Assembly: GCA_046261875.1 (NCBI GenBank)
Contig: JBHENW010000024.1
Coordinates: 955-64,954, forward strand
Source of the DNA: Thermoanaerobaculia bacterium
GTDB taxonomy: Bacteria; Acidobacteriota; Thermoanaerobaculia; UBA5066; Gp7-AA6
DNA length: 64,000 nucleotides
Direction: 5' to 3'
Shown: in pieces, positions 26,589 through 35,971 of the stretch
Numbering within the stretch: the first letter of the stretch is position 1
Layout: each line of letters begins with the position of its first letter
Position numbers and translations under genes: made by a program
Notes under the pieces: model-generated
Databases searched by the model: none
What the model was told of the DNA's origin: nothing
Seen by the model: the letters and a program-made list of their open reading frames with translations, nothing else

Positions 26589-28640
26589 TCATTCCGGCGG
26601 CATGCGAGTTCCCCAGTAGTGCGCTTCGAAGAAGTCGTCGTACTTCTTCTTCGTGAGGTGCTCGAGCATGCCGGCGACGGTGCGCGTCGATCCGAACTTC
26701 CAGCGAAAGCTCTTCTGGTACGACTTCATGAAGGTCAGGAACATCTGATCGCCGAGGTCTCTGTGGAGCGCCGCGAGCAGGTACGCGCCCTTGTCGTAGA
26801 GCAGGCCCGTCCGGATCGAGAACTCGGTGACGAAGTCGCGCGGCACGGACACGCGGTTGGCGAGCGGAATCGGCGCGGCCTCGGTGGCGAACCTCGCCCG
26901 GGAGCCCCAGTGCCTGAGGAGGCGGTTGTACATGGACTGGCCCTTGAACGCCCGGAGGAAGATCGCCGCGCTGTACTGGGCAAATGACTCGGTGATCCAT
27001 TGCTCCTCGAAGCTCGGCATTTTTACGACGTGTCCCCAGTACTGGTGCGCGATCTCGTGGGCGAATCGCTCGTTGATCCCCTGAGAGAAGAGCTGGTTCA
27101 AATCCCCGATGTACGGGTTGAACGCCTCCTTCGTGATGAACATGACCGCGGGGGGAGCCTGCCCGAACCCGTAGGAGTTGATCTCGATGATGTTGAACTC
27201 GGGAAAAGGAAAGGGGCCGAGGAATACCTGGTAATACTCGATGATCCCGAAGGCCAGGTCCAGGAGCTGCTTGGCGGCGCGCTGGTTGGCCATGGCGTAG
27301 GTCGCGACCCGAACGGTCACGCCGTTGCGGGATTGCTCCTCCAGCGCGTACTTCCCCGCCAGGATCACGCCGAACTGGACCGGCTGCTCGACCCGCGTCT
27401 CGAGCACGTTGACGTCCCCCTCGACCCGCCGGCTCTTCGTGACGCCCGGCGCGAAGGGGACGAAGGGCTTGGGCACCCGGACCGTCGTCGTCAGCGTGTA
27501 GTACTGCGCGCGCAGCTCGGGCTGTGGGAACCACGGCTCGACGCCGAGGAGCCAGTAGTTGTCTCCGCCGGGACGGATCAGGAAGTCGCCATCGATACGG
27601 AACTCGAGGGTGAAGGGCCTGTCCGCGGCGGCCGGCTCCGGAAGGGACACGAGGACCTCGTCGCCGGCGTGATGGAAGGGCAGCTCCTTTCCCCCGGCGT
27701 CCCGCACCGACCGCAGACGGAAAACGCGCGGCTGGAGAGCGCCCGTGCCGACGACGGCGTAGGTCGTGTTGTACAGGTCGAACCGGAACGCGCGGCGCGC
27801 CCTCCCGATGGGCACCACGGTCTCGGTGGCGACGAGCTCCGCGTCTCTTCCGCCGGACGCGGTCAGCTCCAGCCGGACGTCCGTGAGCGTCCAGAGCGGG
27901 TCCGGAACGGTTTTCCGGTCGCGCCCGAGCGGCCGCTCGGCCAGGGTGACGGGATAGAGATAGCGGCGCGTCTCGGCGTCCGTGGATTCGCTCCGCCGCA
28001 GCACGGCAAGCGACTCCTCGCGCCGCTCGAAGTCGTCGTAAACGTAGCGCAGGTCGTCGCCTCCCCCGACTTCCGCGACCACGAGACGGGAGCCGGGGAC
28101 GGAGCGCTGCAGGACGAGGAGGTGCGAAAGCGGGCTCCCCCGAGCACGGCGGAACTTCTCGACGTGATCGCGGAAGGCGCCGCCCAGATCGATTCCGGGC
28201 CCGCCGGCTCCGGGCTCCGGTCGCGAACCGGCGCCCTCTGCGATCCACAGCAGACGCCGGAATCGGCTCCGCAGCGTCAACCGGCCATCGGCCTTTTCGA
28301 CGGCCACCCCGGAGTTCTTCTTCGCGTTGAACAGGACGACGGGATGCTCGACCGGGTCCGAAGCGTTGCACTCGAAGCTGCCTTCTCCGCTGAAGAAGAG
28401 CCCGACGATCTCGTCTCCCGCCTTCACCGGCGCCGCGTGACCGGACCGAAGAAGGAGGGTGACGTTCCCCGAGGCGAGTGAGACGCCGCTGACGGGCGCG
28501 GCGGCCCCCGCCAGCCGCAGCGACTCGAAGCGCTCGATCTCTCCCTGGAAGTCCGCGGCGAGGACCGCGGGGGCGGCGAGCGCCAGGCCCGCGAGGACCG
28601 CAAGGGACCGCCGTCGAGGATTCACTGGGTTTTGCGCCAT
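26589..28640 (-). CDS. M1-family zinc aminopeptidase (aminopeptidase N-like), secreted
   Basis: Signal peptide; GAMEN-like region; zinc-binding FAHEIAHQYWGHVV (HExxHx18E with downstream WITESFAQY). Confidence 0.85.
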   Translation of the reverse strand: MAQNPVNPRRRSLAVLAGLALAAPAVLAADFQGEIERFESLRLAGAAAPVSGVSLASGNVTLLLRSGHAAPVKAGDEIVGLFFSGEGSFECNASDPVEHPVVLFNAKKNSGVAVEKADGRLTLRSRFRRLLWIAEGAGSRPEPGAGGPGIDLGGAFRDHVEKFRRARGSPLSHLLVLQRSVPGSRLVVAEVGGGDDLRYVYDDFERREESLAVLRRSESTDAETRRYLYPVTLAERPLGRDRKTVPDPLWTLTDVRLELTASGGRDAELVATETVVPIGRARRAFRFDLYNTTYAVVGTGALQPRVFRLRSVRDAGGKELPFHHAGDEVLVSLPEPAAADRPFTLEFRIDGDFLIRPGGDNYWLLGVEPWFPQPELRAQYYTLTTTVRVPKPFVPFAPGVTKSRRVEGDVNVLETRVEQPVQFGVILAGKYALEEQSRNGVTVRVATYAMANQRAAKQLLDLAFGIIEYYQVFLGPFPFPEFNIIEINSYGFGQAPPAVMFITKEAFNPYIGDLNQLFSQGINERFAHEIAHQYWGHVVKMPSFEEQWITESFAQYSAAIFLRAFKGQSMYNRLLRHWGSRARFATEAAPIPLANRVSVPRDFVTEFSIRTGLLYDKGAYLLAALHRDLGDQMFLTFMKSYQKSFRWKFGSTRTVAGMLEHLTKKKYDDFFEAHYWGTRMPPE

Positions 28641-28739
28641 TCTATGCCGGCGGGCAGGCGGCGGGACCGGAGGACTCCAAACCTCCGCGCGAGCTCGATC
28701 TCTACGCAGGCGCCGAAAGGGATCTGCGCCGCGACGGCT

Positions 28740-29717
28740 TCAGGAGAAGCGTACGGCTTCCGTGTTGCCGCCGCAGACGATGACTCCGACACGCTCCCCC
28801 GCGCGCGGCACGTAGCGGCCGGAGATCAGCGCCGCCATGGCCGCCGCCCCGCCGGGCTCGGCGGCGATCCGGGCGGTGTCCCGGAGGACCTGCTGGGCGC
28901 GCCGGATCTCCTCGTCCTCCACGAGCAGGACGCCCTTCGCGAAGCGACGGGCGAGCGGGAACATGAACTCCCCCCACGCGGCGCGGCGCGAGAGAGTCGG
29001 CGGCGATACCGCCAGCCGGCGCATCGACCGGGTGCCCCGCCCGGAGCGCCTCGAAGGCGTCGGCGACCCCTTCGGCTCGACTCCGAGGACGGCGGCCGCG
29101 CCCCGATACCAGGCGGCGATCCCGCGGATCAGCCCGCCCCCTCCGACGGCGACGAGGATCGCGTCGAGACCCGGCGCCTGCTCGGAGAGCTCGAGCGCCA
29201 CCGTGCCCTGGCCGAGGAGCGTCTCCTTTTGGTCGTAGGCGTGGATGGCCAGCGCCCCGGAGCCGGCGGTCCCTTCCTCGCTGGCGGCGAGGGCGTCGGC
29301 GTAGAGGTCCCCGGACACGACGAGGTCGGCGCCGCACGCGAATCCGCTCGACCTTCGACGGCGACGCGGCCGTGGGGACGAAGATCCGCGCCGGGATCCA
29401 CAGCCGCATCGCCGCGTACGCCACGGCGAGCCCGTGGTTCCCGCCGGAGGCCGCGGCCACGCCCGCGACCGGGATGTGTCGCAGAAGCAGGTTGGCGAAA
29501 GCCCCGCGTGCCTTGAAGGAGCCGCTATGTTGGAGCACTCGAGCTTGAGGACGACCGTGCAGGGGTTGATCCCGAGCTCCTCGCCGCGAACCTCGAGAAC
29601 CGGCGTCCGCCGTACGTGCTCGCGCAGGATGCCGTAGGCCGCGCGGATGGCTTCCGCGTCGATGGCAGGCAGGGAAGAAGGGTTTGACAGCGGGAGGCTC
29701 GGTAAGTAAATTGGCAA
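28740..29717 (-). pseudogene. threonine/serine dehydratase-like PLP enzyme (fold type II), disrupted by two compensating frameshifts
   Basis: N- and C-terminal parts read in one frame (RTPVLEV...VVLKLE; ...ADLVVSGDLYADALAAS..., QGTVALELSEQAPGLDAILVAVGGGGLI). The PLP-lysine segment LQHSGSFKARGAFANLL...SGGNHGLAVAYAAMRLWIPARIFVP...KVERIR is encoded in the -1 frame between ~29535 and ~29340. Confidence 0.65.
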
Positions 29718-29727
29718 ATGAGCGTAT

Positions 29728-30030
29728 ATGCTTCAAGTAGGAGTGGTCAAGGCCCTCGCCAACGAGAAACGGCTGCGGATCCTCGGCTGGCTGAAGGATC
29801 CGACCCGCCACTTCCCGCCGCAGGTGTACGGAGACCTCGAGCGCGACGGCGTGTGCGGCATCTTCATCGCCCAGAAGCTCGGCGTCACGCCGCCGACCGC
29901 CAGTGAGCACCTCCGCGTCCTCACGCAGGCCGGCCTCCTCCGCGCCCGCCGCATCCGGCAATGGACGTTCTACCGGCGCGACGAGAGCAGGATTGCCGCG
30001 GTGAAACGGGCGTTTCGGTCGACATGGTAG
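29728..30030 (+). CDS. ArsR/SmtB-family transcriptional regulator
   Basis: wHTH motif ALANEKRLRILGWL...IAQKLGVTPPTASEHLRVLTQAGLL. Confidence 0.8.
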   Translation: MLQVGVVKALANEKRLRILGWLKDPTRHFPPQVYGDLERDGVCGIFIAQKLGVTPPTASEHLRVLTQAGLLRARRIRQWTFYRRDESRIAAVKRAFRSTW

Positions 30031-30056
30031 GCGCGAGCGTTGGAGGGAGCGGCCGG

Positions 30057-31019
30057 ATGCACGCGATCCGCGTCTCGGCCCCGGGAGGGCCCGAAATCCT
30101 CGAGCACGTCACGCTCGAGAAGCCGAAGCCGCGCGAGGGGGAGGCGCTCGCCCGCGTCGAGGCGATCGGCGTGAACTACATCGACATCTACCACCGGACC
30201 GGGACCTACGCGATGACCACGCCCTTCATTCCCGGCTCGGAGGCCGCCGGTGTCGTCGAGGAGGTCGGTCCCGGCGCGGCGGGGATCCGGCCGGGCGACC
30301 GCGTGGCCTGGGCGATGGTCCCCGGGTCCTACGCAGAGCACGCGGCCGTGCCGGCGGAGAAGCTCGTCACCGTGCCGCCGGGCGTCGATTTCCCAACCGC
30401 AGCCGCATCCCTGCTCCAGGGCATGACGGCGCACTACCTGCTCGTCAGCACTTACTCGGTTCAGAACGGAGACGCCGTGCTGATCCACGCGGCCGCCGGG
30501 GGGGTCGGCGGGCTCCTCGTCCAGATGGCCCGGCAGCGGGGAGCGCGCGTCTTCGCGACTGCGTCGACGACGAAGCTCGCCACTGTTCGCGACCTCGGCG
30601 CCGACAGCGTCATCGACTACACGACCGGCGACTTCGAGGCGGAAGTGCTGCGGGCGACGAACGGCGCAGGAGTCCGCGCCGTGTACGACGGCGTGGGCCG
30701 GGCGACCTTCGACAAGAGCCTGAACTGCGTGGGCCGCCGCGGCGTCCTCGCTCTCTTCGGGCAGGCGAGCGGCCCGGTTCCTCCCTTCGACCCCTCTCGC
30801 CTGGCGAAGCGGGCGATCTATCTCACCCGTCCCAGCCTCGCGCACTACGTCGCGACGCGCGAGGAGCTGCTGTGGCGAGCCGGGGAGCTCTTCGAGGAAA
30901 TCGTGTCGGGAAAAATCCGCATCCGCATCGACCGGGAGCTGCCCTTGCGCGATGCCGCGCAGGCGCACCGGCTGCTCGAAGGCCGTCAGACCGAGGGGAA
31001 GCTGCTCCTGATTCCCTGA
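30057..31019 (+). CDS. NADPH:quinone oxidoreductase (MDR superfamily, Qor-like)
   Basis: MHAIRVSAPGGPEIL...GVNYIDIY.R.G, nucleotide site LIHAAAGGVGGLLVQMA, C-terminal GKLLL. Met 30057 chosen; the track ORF start at 29961 overlaps arsR. Confidence 0.8.
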   Translation: MHAIRVSAPGGPEILEHVTLEKPKPREGEALARVEAIGVNYIDIYHRTGTYAMTTPFIPGSEAAGVVEEVGPGAAGIRPGDRVAWAMVPGSYAEHAAVPAEKLVTVPPGVDFPTAAASLLQGMTAHYLLVSTYSVQNGDAVLIHAAAGGVGGLLVQMARQRGARVFATASTTKLATVRDLGADSVIDYTTGDFEAEVLRATNGAGVRAVYDGVGRATFDKSLNCVGRRGVLALFGQASGPVPPFDPSRLAKRAIYLTRPSLAHYVATREELLWRAGELFEEIVSGKIRIRIDRELPLRDAAQAHRLLEGRQTEGKLLLIP

Positions 31020-31041
31020 CGCCCGGGGACTGCGGACTCGG

Positions 31042-31434
31042 TCAGCTCGCGCGGTAGCGGTCCACGTACGCGAGCAGCTCGGGAACGGCGACCGGCTTGC
31101 GCACGAAGAACCGGACGCCGCGGGCGCCGGCGATCACGCGGCTCTGGACGTGATCGCTGATGATGATGACCGGCACCTTCAAGAGCTCGGGCGACTTCTC
31201 GAGCGCCGCCTGGAACTGCCATCCGTCCATCACGGGCATCATCAGGTCGAGCAGGATGAGGAACGGCGGGCTCTCGCGCCGGATGATCTCCAACGCTTCC
31301 GCTCCGTTGCATGCCACGAGCGGTCGGAAACCCTCCTCCGCCATGAGGTCCCGGAGCGCTTCTCTCAGGGGGTGGTCGTCGTCGACGATGAGGACCGTAC
31401 TGGCGGTCTCGCGGGGATCCAGTGGGGCATCCAT
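31042..31434 (-). CDS. stand-alone response regulator receiver protein
   Basis: VLIVDDDHPLREAL...FLILLDLMMPVMDGW...KVPVIIIS receiver motifs; start Met 31434 (track ORF begins 31464). Confidence 0.7.
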   Translation of the reverse strand: MDAPLDPRETASTVLIVDDDHPLREALRDLMAEEGFRPLVACNGAEALEIIRRESPPFLILLDLMMPVMDGWQFQAALEKSPELLKVPVIIISDHVQSRVIAGARGVRFFVRKPVAVPELLAYVDRYRAS

Positions 31435-31562
31435 AGGGCTTTGCTGTGCCGCCCAAAGAAGCAAGAAGGTTGCCAGTAACCCCCATGGCTCCTTGAAATG
31501 AAAACTGATGGAGGCGGCCGCCGGAAATCGTCCCGAGGTCCGGGGAATGCCGGGAGGCAGTC

Positions 31563-31829
31563 CTAGTGGTCGCTGCTGAGAAAAGGGGCCTTTGCGAGCA
31601 AACCGCCGGCGAAAGTGTCGGTTTCCAATCTCGGACCCCAGCGCTTGCCGCGACCGCCGATGTAATCAGCGGTTCCTCCGAGGATCCTCGAGAGGGACAT
31701 ACCCTCTTTATTGACGCAAGTCGGACAAACGTCCCACCGTTCCGTGTCATAAACGGTTTCATCGTTCGGACAAAGAACAGCTCGGTCCAACGCGATCCCG
31801 ACCGCTGATTGCGGGTACATGCGACTCAT
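31563..31829 (-). CDS. hypothetical small zinc-ribbon protein in a low-GC pocket
   Basis: CPNDETVYDTERWDVCPTC (CxxC-like pair); AT-rich codon usage unlike neighbours; weak call. Confidence 0.3.
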   Translation of the reverse strand: MSRMYPQSAVGIALDRAVLCPNDETVYDTERWDVCPTCVNKEGMSLSRILGGTADYIGGRGKRWGPRLETDTFAGGLLAKAPFLSSDH

Positions 31830-32085
31830 GGATGGCTCCTCCGTGTCGCTTCCGAGGATAACGATCTCTCACGTTTTCTTCCATACCACCGCCGTGTGGT
31901 CCACCGGCACCAGGGTGCCGTGTGGTCTCAACGCGCTACGCCGGCGGGTGTTAGGCTTCCGAACACGTCGTGTCGCGCCATCCGAACCGGCAGACGGCAC
32001 AGATCCCCCGCATGTTTGCGAGCTTCGCGGTCGAAGCGGAGCTGCCTTACCGAGATTCGCGGCACAACAAGGGGAGGGGACGACC

Positions 32086-33537
32086 ATGAAGACAACCCGT
32101 CTGTTGATCGCGTCCATTTGTCTCGTCCTCGCCTGCCGTCGGGAGGACGCCCCCCCGGAGGCGTCGTCTGCTCCCGCCGACGTCGCGCTGGATGAACAGC
32201 TGATCGAAGTCGCCCGGCGGGTGCCCGGGTTTGGCGGCATGTACTTCGACGACGACGGGAACCTGAACGTGTACATGGTCGGAGACCCGGCGGCTCTGGC
32301 CCCCGAGGCCCAGGATGCGAGGAGGGCGCAACTGGCGCAGGCCGTGATCGAGGTCTACGGAGCGGACTTTCTCGCGCAGGGGAAGGTGCGGCGGTCCGAA
32401 GAGAGGCGGGAGCAGGTCACGGTGACCCCGCCGGTGATTCGAATCATCAAAGCGGACTACGACATCCTGCAGCTCGTTTCCTGGAGAGCGCAGGTGGACG
32501 GCGCGCTCGGGGTCTCGGGCGTCGTCTTCACCGATCTGGATGAACGGAGCAACCGCTTGAAGATCGGCATCGGCCCGGACGCCACACGCGAGCAGGTCGA
32601 GGCCGCGATCCGGCAGAGCGGCGTTCCGCGGGAGGCGGTCGTGCTCGAGACGACGCAGCCCGTCTATCCGCACAGCACGTTGCGCGACAAGGTGCGCCCG
32701 ATGCCCGGGGCGGTCCAGGTCGAAGCGGACACCGGCGTGTTCGCTTACAAGATCTGCACGATGGGCTTCAATGCCATCCGGACCGGGGTGGCCGGATTCG
32801 TCACCAACTCACACTGCACGACGGCGCAGGGCGGAAGCAACGGGACGGACTTTCATCAACCCAACGACCCGTTGCTTTCGGGCAACCACGTCGGTGACGA
32901 GATCGCCGACCCTGGGTATTTCACCGGCGGAGCCTGCCCGAGCGGCCGGCGCTGCCGGTTCAGCGACAGCGCGTTCATCGACTACACCGTGGCGCGAGGC
33001 AGCCACATCGCCCGCACGACCGGATGGAACAACGGCTTGCTGACGATCTCCAGTCCGAATTCCCGGCTGCTGATCGTCGGGGAGATGTCGAGCTGGGTCG
33101 CCGGCAGCGACCTCGACAAGATCGGACGGACGACGGGCTGGACGTTCGGCCTGGTCAATGGCACCTGCCAGAACACCAACGTCGCGGGAACCGACATCAC
33201 CCTGTTCTGCCAGCATCGCGTGAACCGGCTGGCGAGCCAGACGCAAAAGATGTCGGACAACGGTGACAGCGGATCCCCCGTATTCCGATATCAGGGCCTG
33301 ACGGTCCTGCTCTCCGGGATCCTCTGGGGAGGGCCGAATGATGGCAGCTCGTTCGTCTTCAGCCCGATCGACCAGGTCGAGCAGGAGCTCGGGGCCCTGA
33401 CGACGTTCAACTTCCCTCAGCCGCAGCCCCCCACCGGCGGCATGTGCCCCTCCGGGCAGAAGTGCTGCGAGATCGAGATGGTCAACAACAAGCCCAAGTG
33501 CGTGCTGTGCGTGCCCACCGGCGCGCAGTGTCCGTAG
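32086..33537 (+). CDS. S1-family serine peptidase (alpha-lytic protease/streptogrisin-like) lipoprotein with N-terminal pro-region and Cys-rich C-terminal tail
   Basis: Lipobox MKTTRLLIASICLVLAC; GGAGGGG RBS; catalytic His (TNSHCT) and Ser (GDSGSPVF) motifs; S1E-like pro-domain; C-terminal CPSGQKCCEIEMVNNKPKCVLCVPTGAQCP. Confidence 0.75.
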   Translation: MKTTRLLIASICLVLACRREDAPPEASSAPADVALDEQLIEVARRVPGFGGMYFDDDGNLNVYMVGDPAALAPEAQDARRAQLAQAVIEVYGADFLAQGKVRRSEERREQVTVTPPVIRIIKADYDILQLVSWRAQVDGALGVSGVVFTDLDERSNRLKIGIGPDATREQVEAAIRQSGVPREAVVLETTQPVYPHSTLRDKVRPMPGAVQVEADTGVFAYKICTMGFNAIRTGVAGFVTNSHCTTAQGGSNGTDFHQPNDPLLSGNHVGDEIADPGYFTGGACPSGRRCRFSDSAFIDYTVARGSHIARTTGWNNGLLTISSPNSRLLIVGEMSSWVAGSDLDKIGRTTGWTFGLVNGTCQNTNVAGTDITLFCQHRVNRLASQTQKMSDNGDSGSPVFRYQGLTVLLSGILWGGPNDGSSFVFSPIDQVEQELGALTTFNFPQPQPPTGGMCPSGQKCCEIEMVNNKPKCVLCVPTGAQCP

Positions 33538-33603
33538 CGCGCGCCTTTCTCTCGAGCGCGAACCCGAGGCGGAGCGGCGCGAGCCGGGGTCTAGACTCCC
33601 CGC

Positions 33604-33867
33604 GTGGCGCTCCAGAACTGTTTTCTGTGTCGAGGCGCGGACGCTCGTGTCGGACCGGCGATGCATCGCGGCGGCGCACCCGATTCGGAGAAGCGGTTCG
33701 CGGTGCTCTGCGCGATCTGCGGCGGCTACAAGATCGAGCAACGGATGATGGTCCCGGGAGCCATACCGGAAGAGGTCGGCCGGAAGCTCTCCAGGATCGC
33801 TCGCGAGCAACCGGATGCATCGGATCTGCTGTTCGTCACCTCCGTGATAGTTCGATCCCTGGCCTAG
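33604..33867 (+). CDS. hypothetical small Cys-rich protein (possible Zn ribbon)
   Basis: CFLC ... CAIC cysteine pairs; no other support. Confidence 0.25.
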   Translation: MALQNCFLCRGADARVGPAMHRGGAPDSEKRFAVLCAICGGYKIEQRMMVPGAIPEEVGRKLSRIAREQPDASDLLFVTSVIVRSLA

Positions 33868-33943
33868 CTAAAACCTTCTAGCTTCGAGTGGTTATCCCCG
33901 AGCTGACCATTCCGTAAAAAAAGCATTGCGTGTGACATGGTGT

Positions 33944-33957
33944 TGTAGTTGACTACA
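33944..33957. promoter_or_regulatory. perfect palindrome TGTAGT-TG-ACTACA upstream of GntR gene (candidate GntR/YtrA operator)
   Basis: Read directly in sequence; GntR-family operators follow GT-Nx-AC symmetry; lies ~55 nt upstream of the chosen GntR start in an AT-richer intergenic region. Confidence 0.5.
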
Positions 33958-34011
33958 TCACTAGGCCGCTTATGCGTGATTTCAAACTCGAAAGGGCTCA
34001 CTGAAACGCGG

Positions 34012-34404
34012 ATGGATGGTGAGTGGAACGACAGCCAGCCGATTTACCGCCAACTTCGAGACCGCGTCGTCGCTTTGATCCTCGACGGCGTCCTCAAGGA
34101 AGGCGATCCGTTGCCGTCCGTGCGCAACGTCGCGGCCGAGTACCGGGTCAATCCGCTCACGGTTCTCAAGGGCTACCAACAACTCGTCGACGAGCAGCTC
34201 GTCGAGAAGAAGCGAGGTATCGGGATGTTCGTCAAAAGCGGCGCGCGCAACCTGCTCCTGGAGGGGGAACGCCAGAAGTTCCTCGCCGAACAGTGGCCGA
34301 GAGTCCAGGCCATGATCCAACGGCTCGGCCTGACGCCGGAGGACCTGCTGATCTCCGCCGCTCCCCGCGGGCCGTCGCCGGATGCCTCCGGGGAGGAGCG
34401 CTGA
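34012..34404 (+). CDS. GntR-family (YtrA-like, short) transcriptional regulator
   Basis: PIYRQLRDRVVALILDGVLKEGDPLPSVRNVAAEYRVNPLTVLKGYQQLVDEQLVEKKRGIGMFV wHTH; short C-terminal helices typical of the YtrA subfamily. Confidence 0.75.
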   Translation: MDGEWNDSQPIYRQLRDRVVALILDGVLKEGDPLPSVRNVAAEYRVNPLTVLKGYQQLVDEQLVEKKRGIGMFVKSGARNLLLEGERQKFLAEQWPRVQAMIQRLGLTPEDLLISAAPRGPSPDASGEER

Positions 34405-34408
34405 AGCC

Positions 34409-35971
34409 ATGGCCTGGACAGAAGCTCGCGGCCTCCCCGAGGAGATCCCACGACGAAGGCCATCGGGGGGCCGTAGAGGCGCGAGGCGAACGCTCGTCAC
34501 CGAGGATGTTGCCGTCATAGGCGCGGGACTCGCCGGCCTGTGCATGGCGATAGAGCTCAAACGGGCCGGAATGCGCACCTTCACGGTCTTCGAGAAGGGA
34601 AGCGATGTCGGTGGCGTCTGGAGAGAGAACGTCTACCCGGGCGCGGCTTGCGACTCGCCTGCGCACCTCTACTCGTATTCGTTCGAGCCGCACGACCGCT
34701 GGACCCGAACCTACGCGAGCCAGCCCGAGATTCTCGACTATTTGAGGCGTTGTGCACGGAAATACGGCGTCGAATCGCACCTGAAGCTCGGCAGGCAGAT
34801 CACCGAAGTCTCATTCGACTCGGACGGGCAGGTGTGGCGGCTGCGAACTGCCTCAGGGAGCGAGCACCGGGCGCGCGCCCTCGTCACCGCCACCGGCCAG
34901 CTCAGTCACCCGCGCGTGCCGAGCATCCCGGGCCGAGCGGAGTTCACGGGGCGGGCGTTCCACAGCGCGCAATGGGACCCGCGCCACGATCTCCGGGGCC
35001 GAACCGTGGCGGTGATCGGGAACGGTTGCAGCGCCGCGCAGATCGTGCCGCAGATCGCGGCGGAGGTGAGGCAGCTCCACGTCTTTCAGCGTTCGGCGAA
35101 ATGGATCGTCCCCAAGTGGGACCGCCAGTTCGGGCCGGTCGCCCGGTGGGTTTTCCGCCGCTTCCCCGGATCACAGAAGTTGAGCCGGATCATCTGGAGC
35201 CTGCTCGCCGATTTCATCGCGTACTCGCCGATGCGTCCCGGCCTGTTCGCGCGCGCGGTCGAGGTGGTGGCGCATTTCCATCTCCGGCGCCAGATTGCCG
35301 ATCGCGCGCTGCGCTCGAGACTGACTCCGAAGTCCGCTCTCGGGTGCAACCGAATGATCCTCTCGAATGACTACTACCCCGCGCTCACGCGGAGCAACGT
35401 CGAGCTGGTCACCGACAAGATTGTCCGGGTTGTCCCGAACGGCATCGAGACCTCCGACGGCCGCGTTCGAGAAGTCGACACCATCATTTTTGCCACCGGG
35501 TTCGAGTCGACCCACTTCCTCGCGTCCATGGACATCCGCGGACCCGGCGGTCGTCTTTCCGACGTGTGGCGAAGCGGCGCCGCGGCCTACCTGGGCATTA
35601 CGGTGCCCGGTTTTCCGAATTTCTTCATGCTCTACGGCCCGAACACGAGCTCGATCAACAACTCGGTCATTTCCATGATCGAGAGCCAGGTCCGGTACGT
35701 GATGGGGTGCCTCGAGATGATCCCGAGAGGCGGAGCGATCGAGGTGAGACCCGACGTCTTTGCCGAGTATCAGCGGAAGATGGCGTCGTGGCTTCAGGGC
35801 ACCGTCTGGAACGGCGAATGCCGTAGCTGGTACAAGACGGAGTCCGGTCGCATCACCAACACCTGGCCCCTGCGCGTCTATCGCTACCGGCTCGCCACGC
35901 GCCGCCCGAGCCCCGCCCAATTCGTCGTGTCGCGAGCCGCTGGAGGGACGTTGAGACCATGGCCTGCATAG
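34409..35971 (+). CDS. FAD-dependent Baeyer-Villiger/flavin-containing monooxygenase
   Basis: FAD site VAVIGAGLAGL; BVMO fingerprint FTGRAFHSAQW (FxGxxxHxxxW); second Rossmann VAVIGNGCSAAQ; ATG 34409 directly after the GntR stop with GGAGG RBS. Confidence 0.8.
   Translation: MAWTEARGLPEEIPRRRPSGGRRGARRTLVTEDVAVIGAGLAGLCMAIELKRAGMRTFTVFEKGSDVGGVWRENVYPGAACDSPAHLYSYSFEPHDRWTRTYASQPEILDYLRRCARKYGVESHLKLGRQITEVSFDSDGQVWRLRTASGSEHRARALVTATGQLSHPRVPSIPGRAEFTGRAFHSAQWDPRHDLRGRTVAVIGNGCSAAQIVPQIAAEVRQLHVFQRSAKWIVPKWDRQFGPVARWVFRRFPGSQKLSRIIWSLLADFIAYSPMRPGLFARAVEVVAHFHLRRQIADRALRSRLTPKSALGCNRMILSNDYYPALTRSNVELVTDKIVRVVPNGIETSDGRVREVDTIIFATGFESTHFLASMDIRGPGGRLSDVWRSGAAAYLGITVPGFPNFFMLYGPNTSSINNSVISMIESQVRYVMGCLEMIPRGGAIEVRPDVFAEYQRKMASWLQGTVWNGECRSWYKTESGRITNTWPLRVYRYRLATRRPSPAQFVVSRAAGGTLRPWPA

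Noticed and set aside
29961-30056. Track start of the quinone oxidoreductase ORF at 29961
   Set aside because: It would overlap arsR by 70 nt in another frame. The conserved MDR N-terminus begins at Met 30057.
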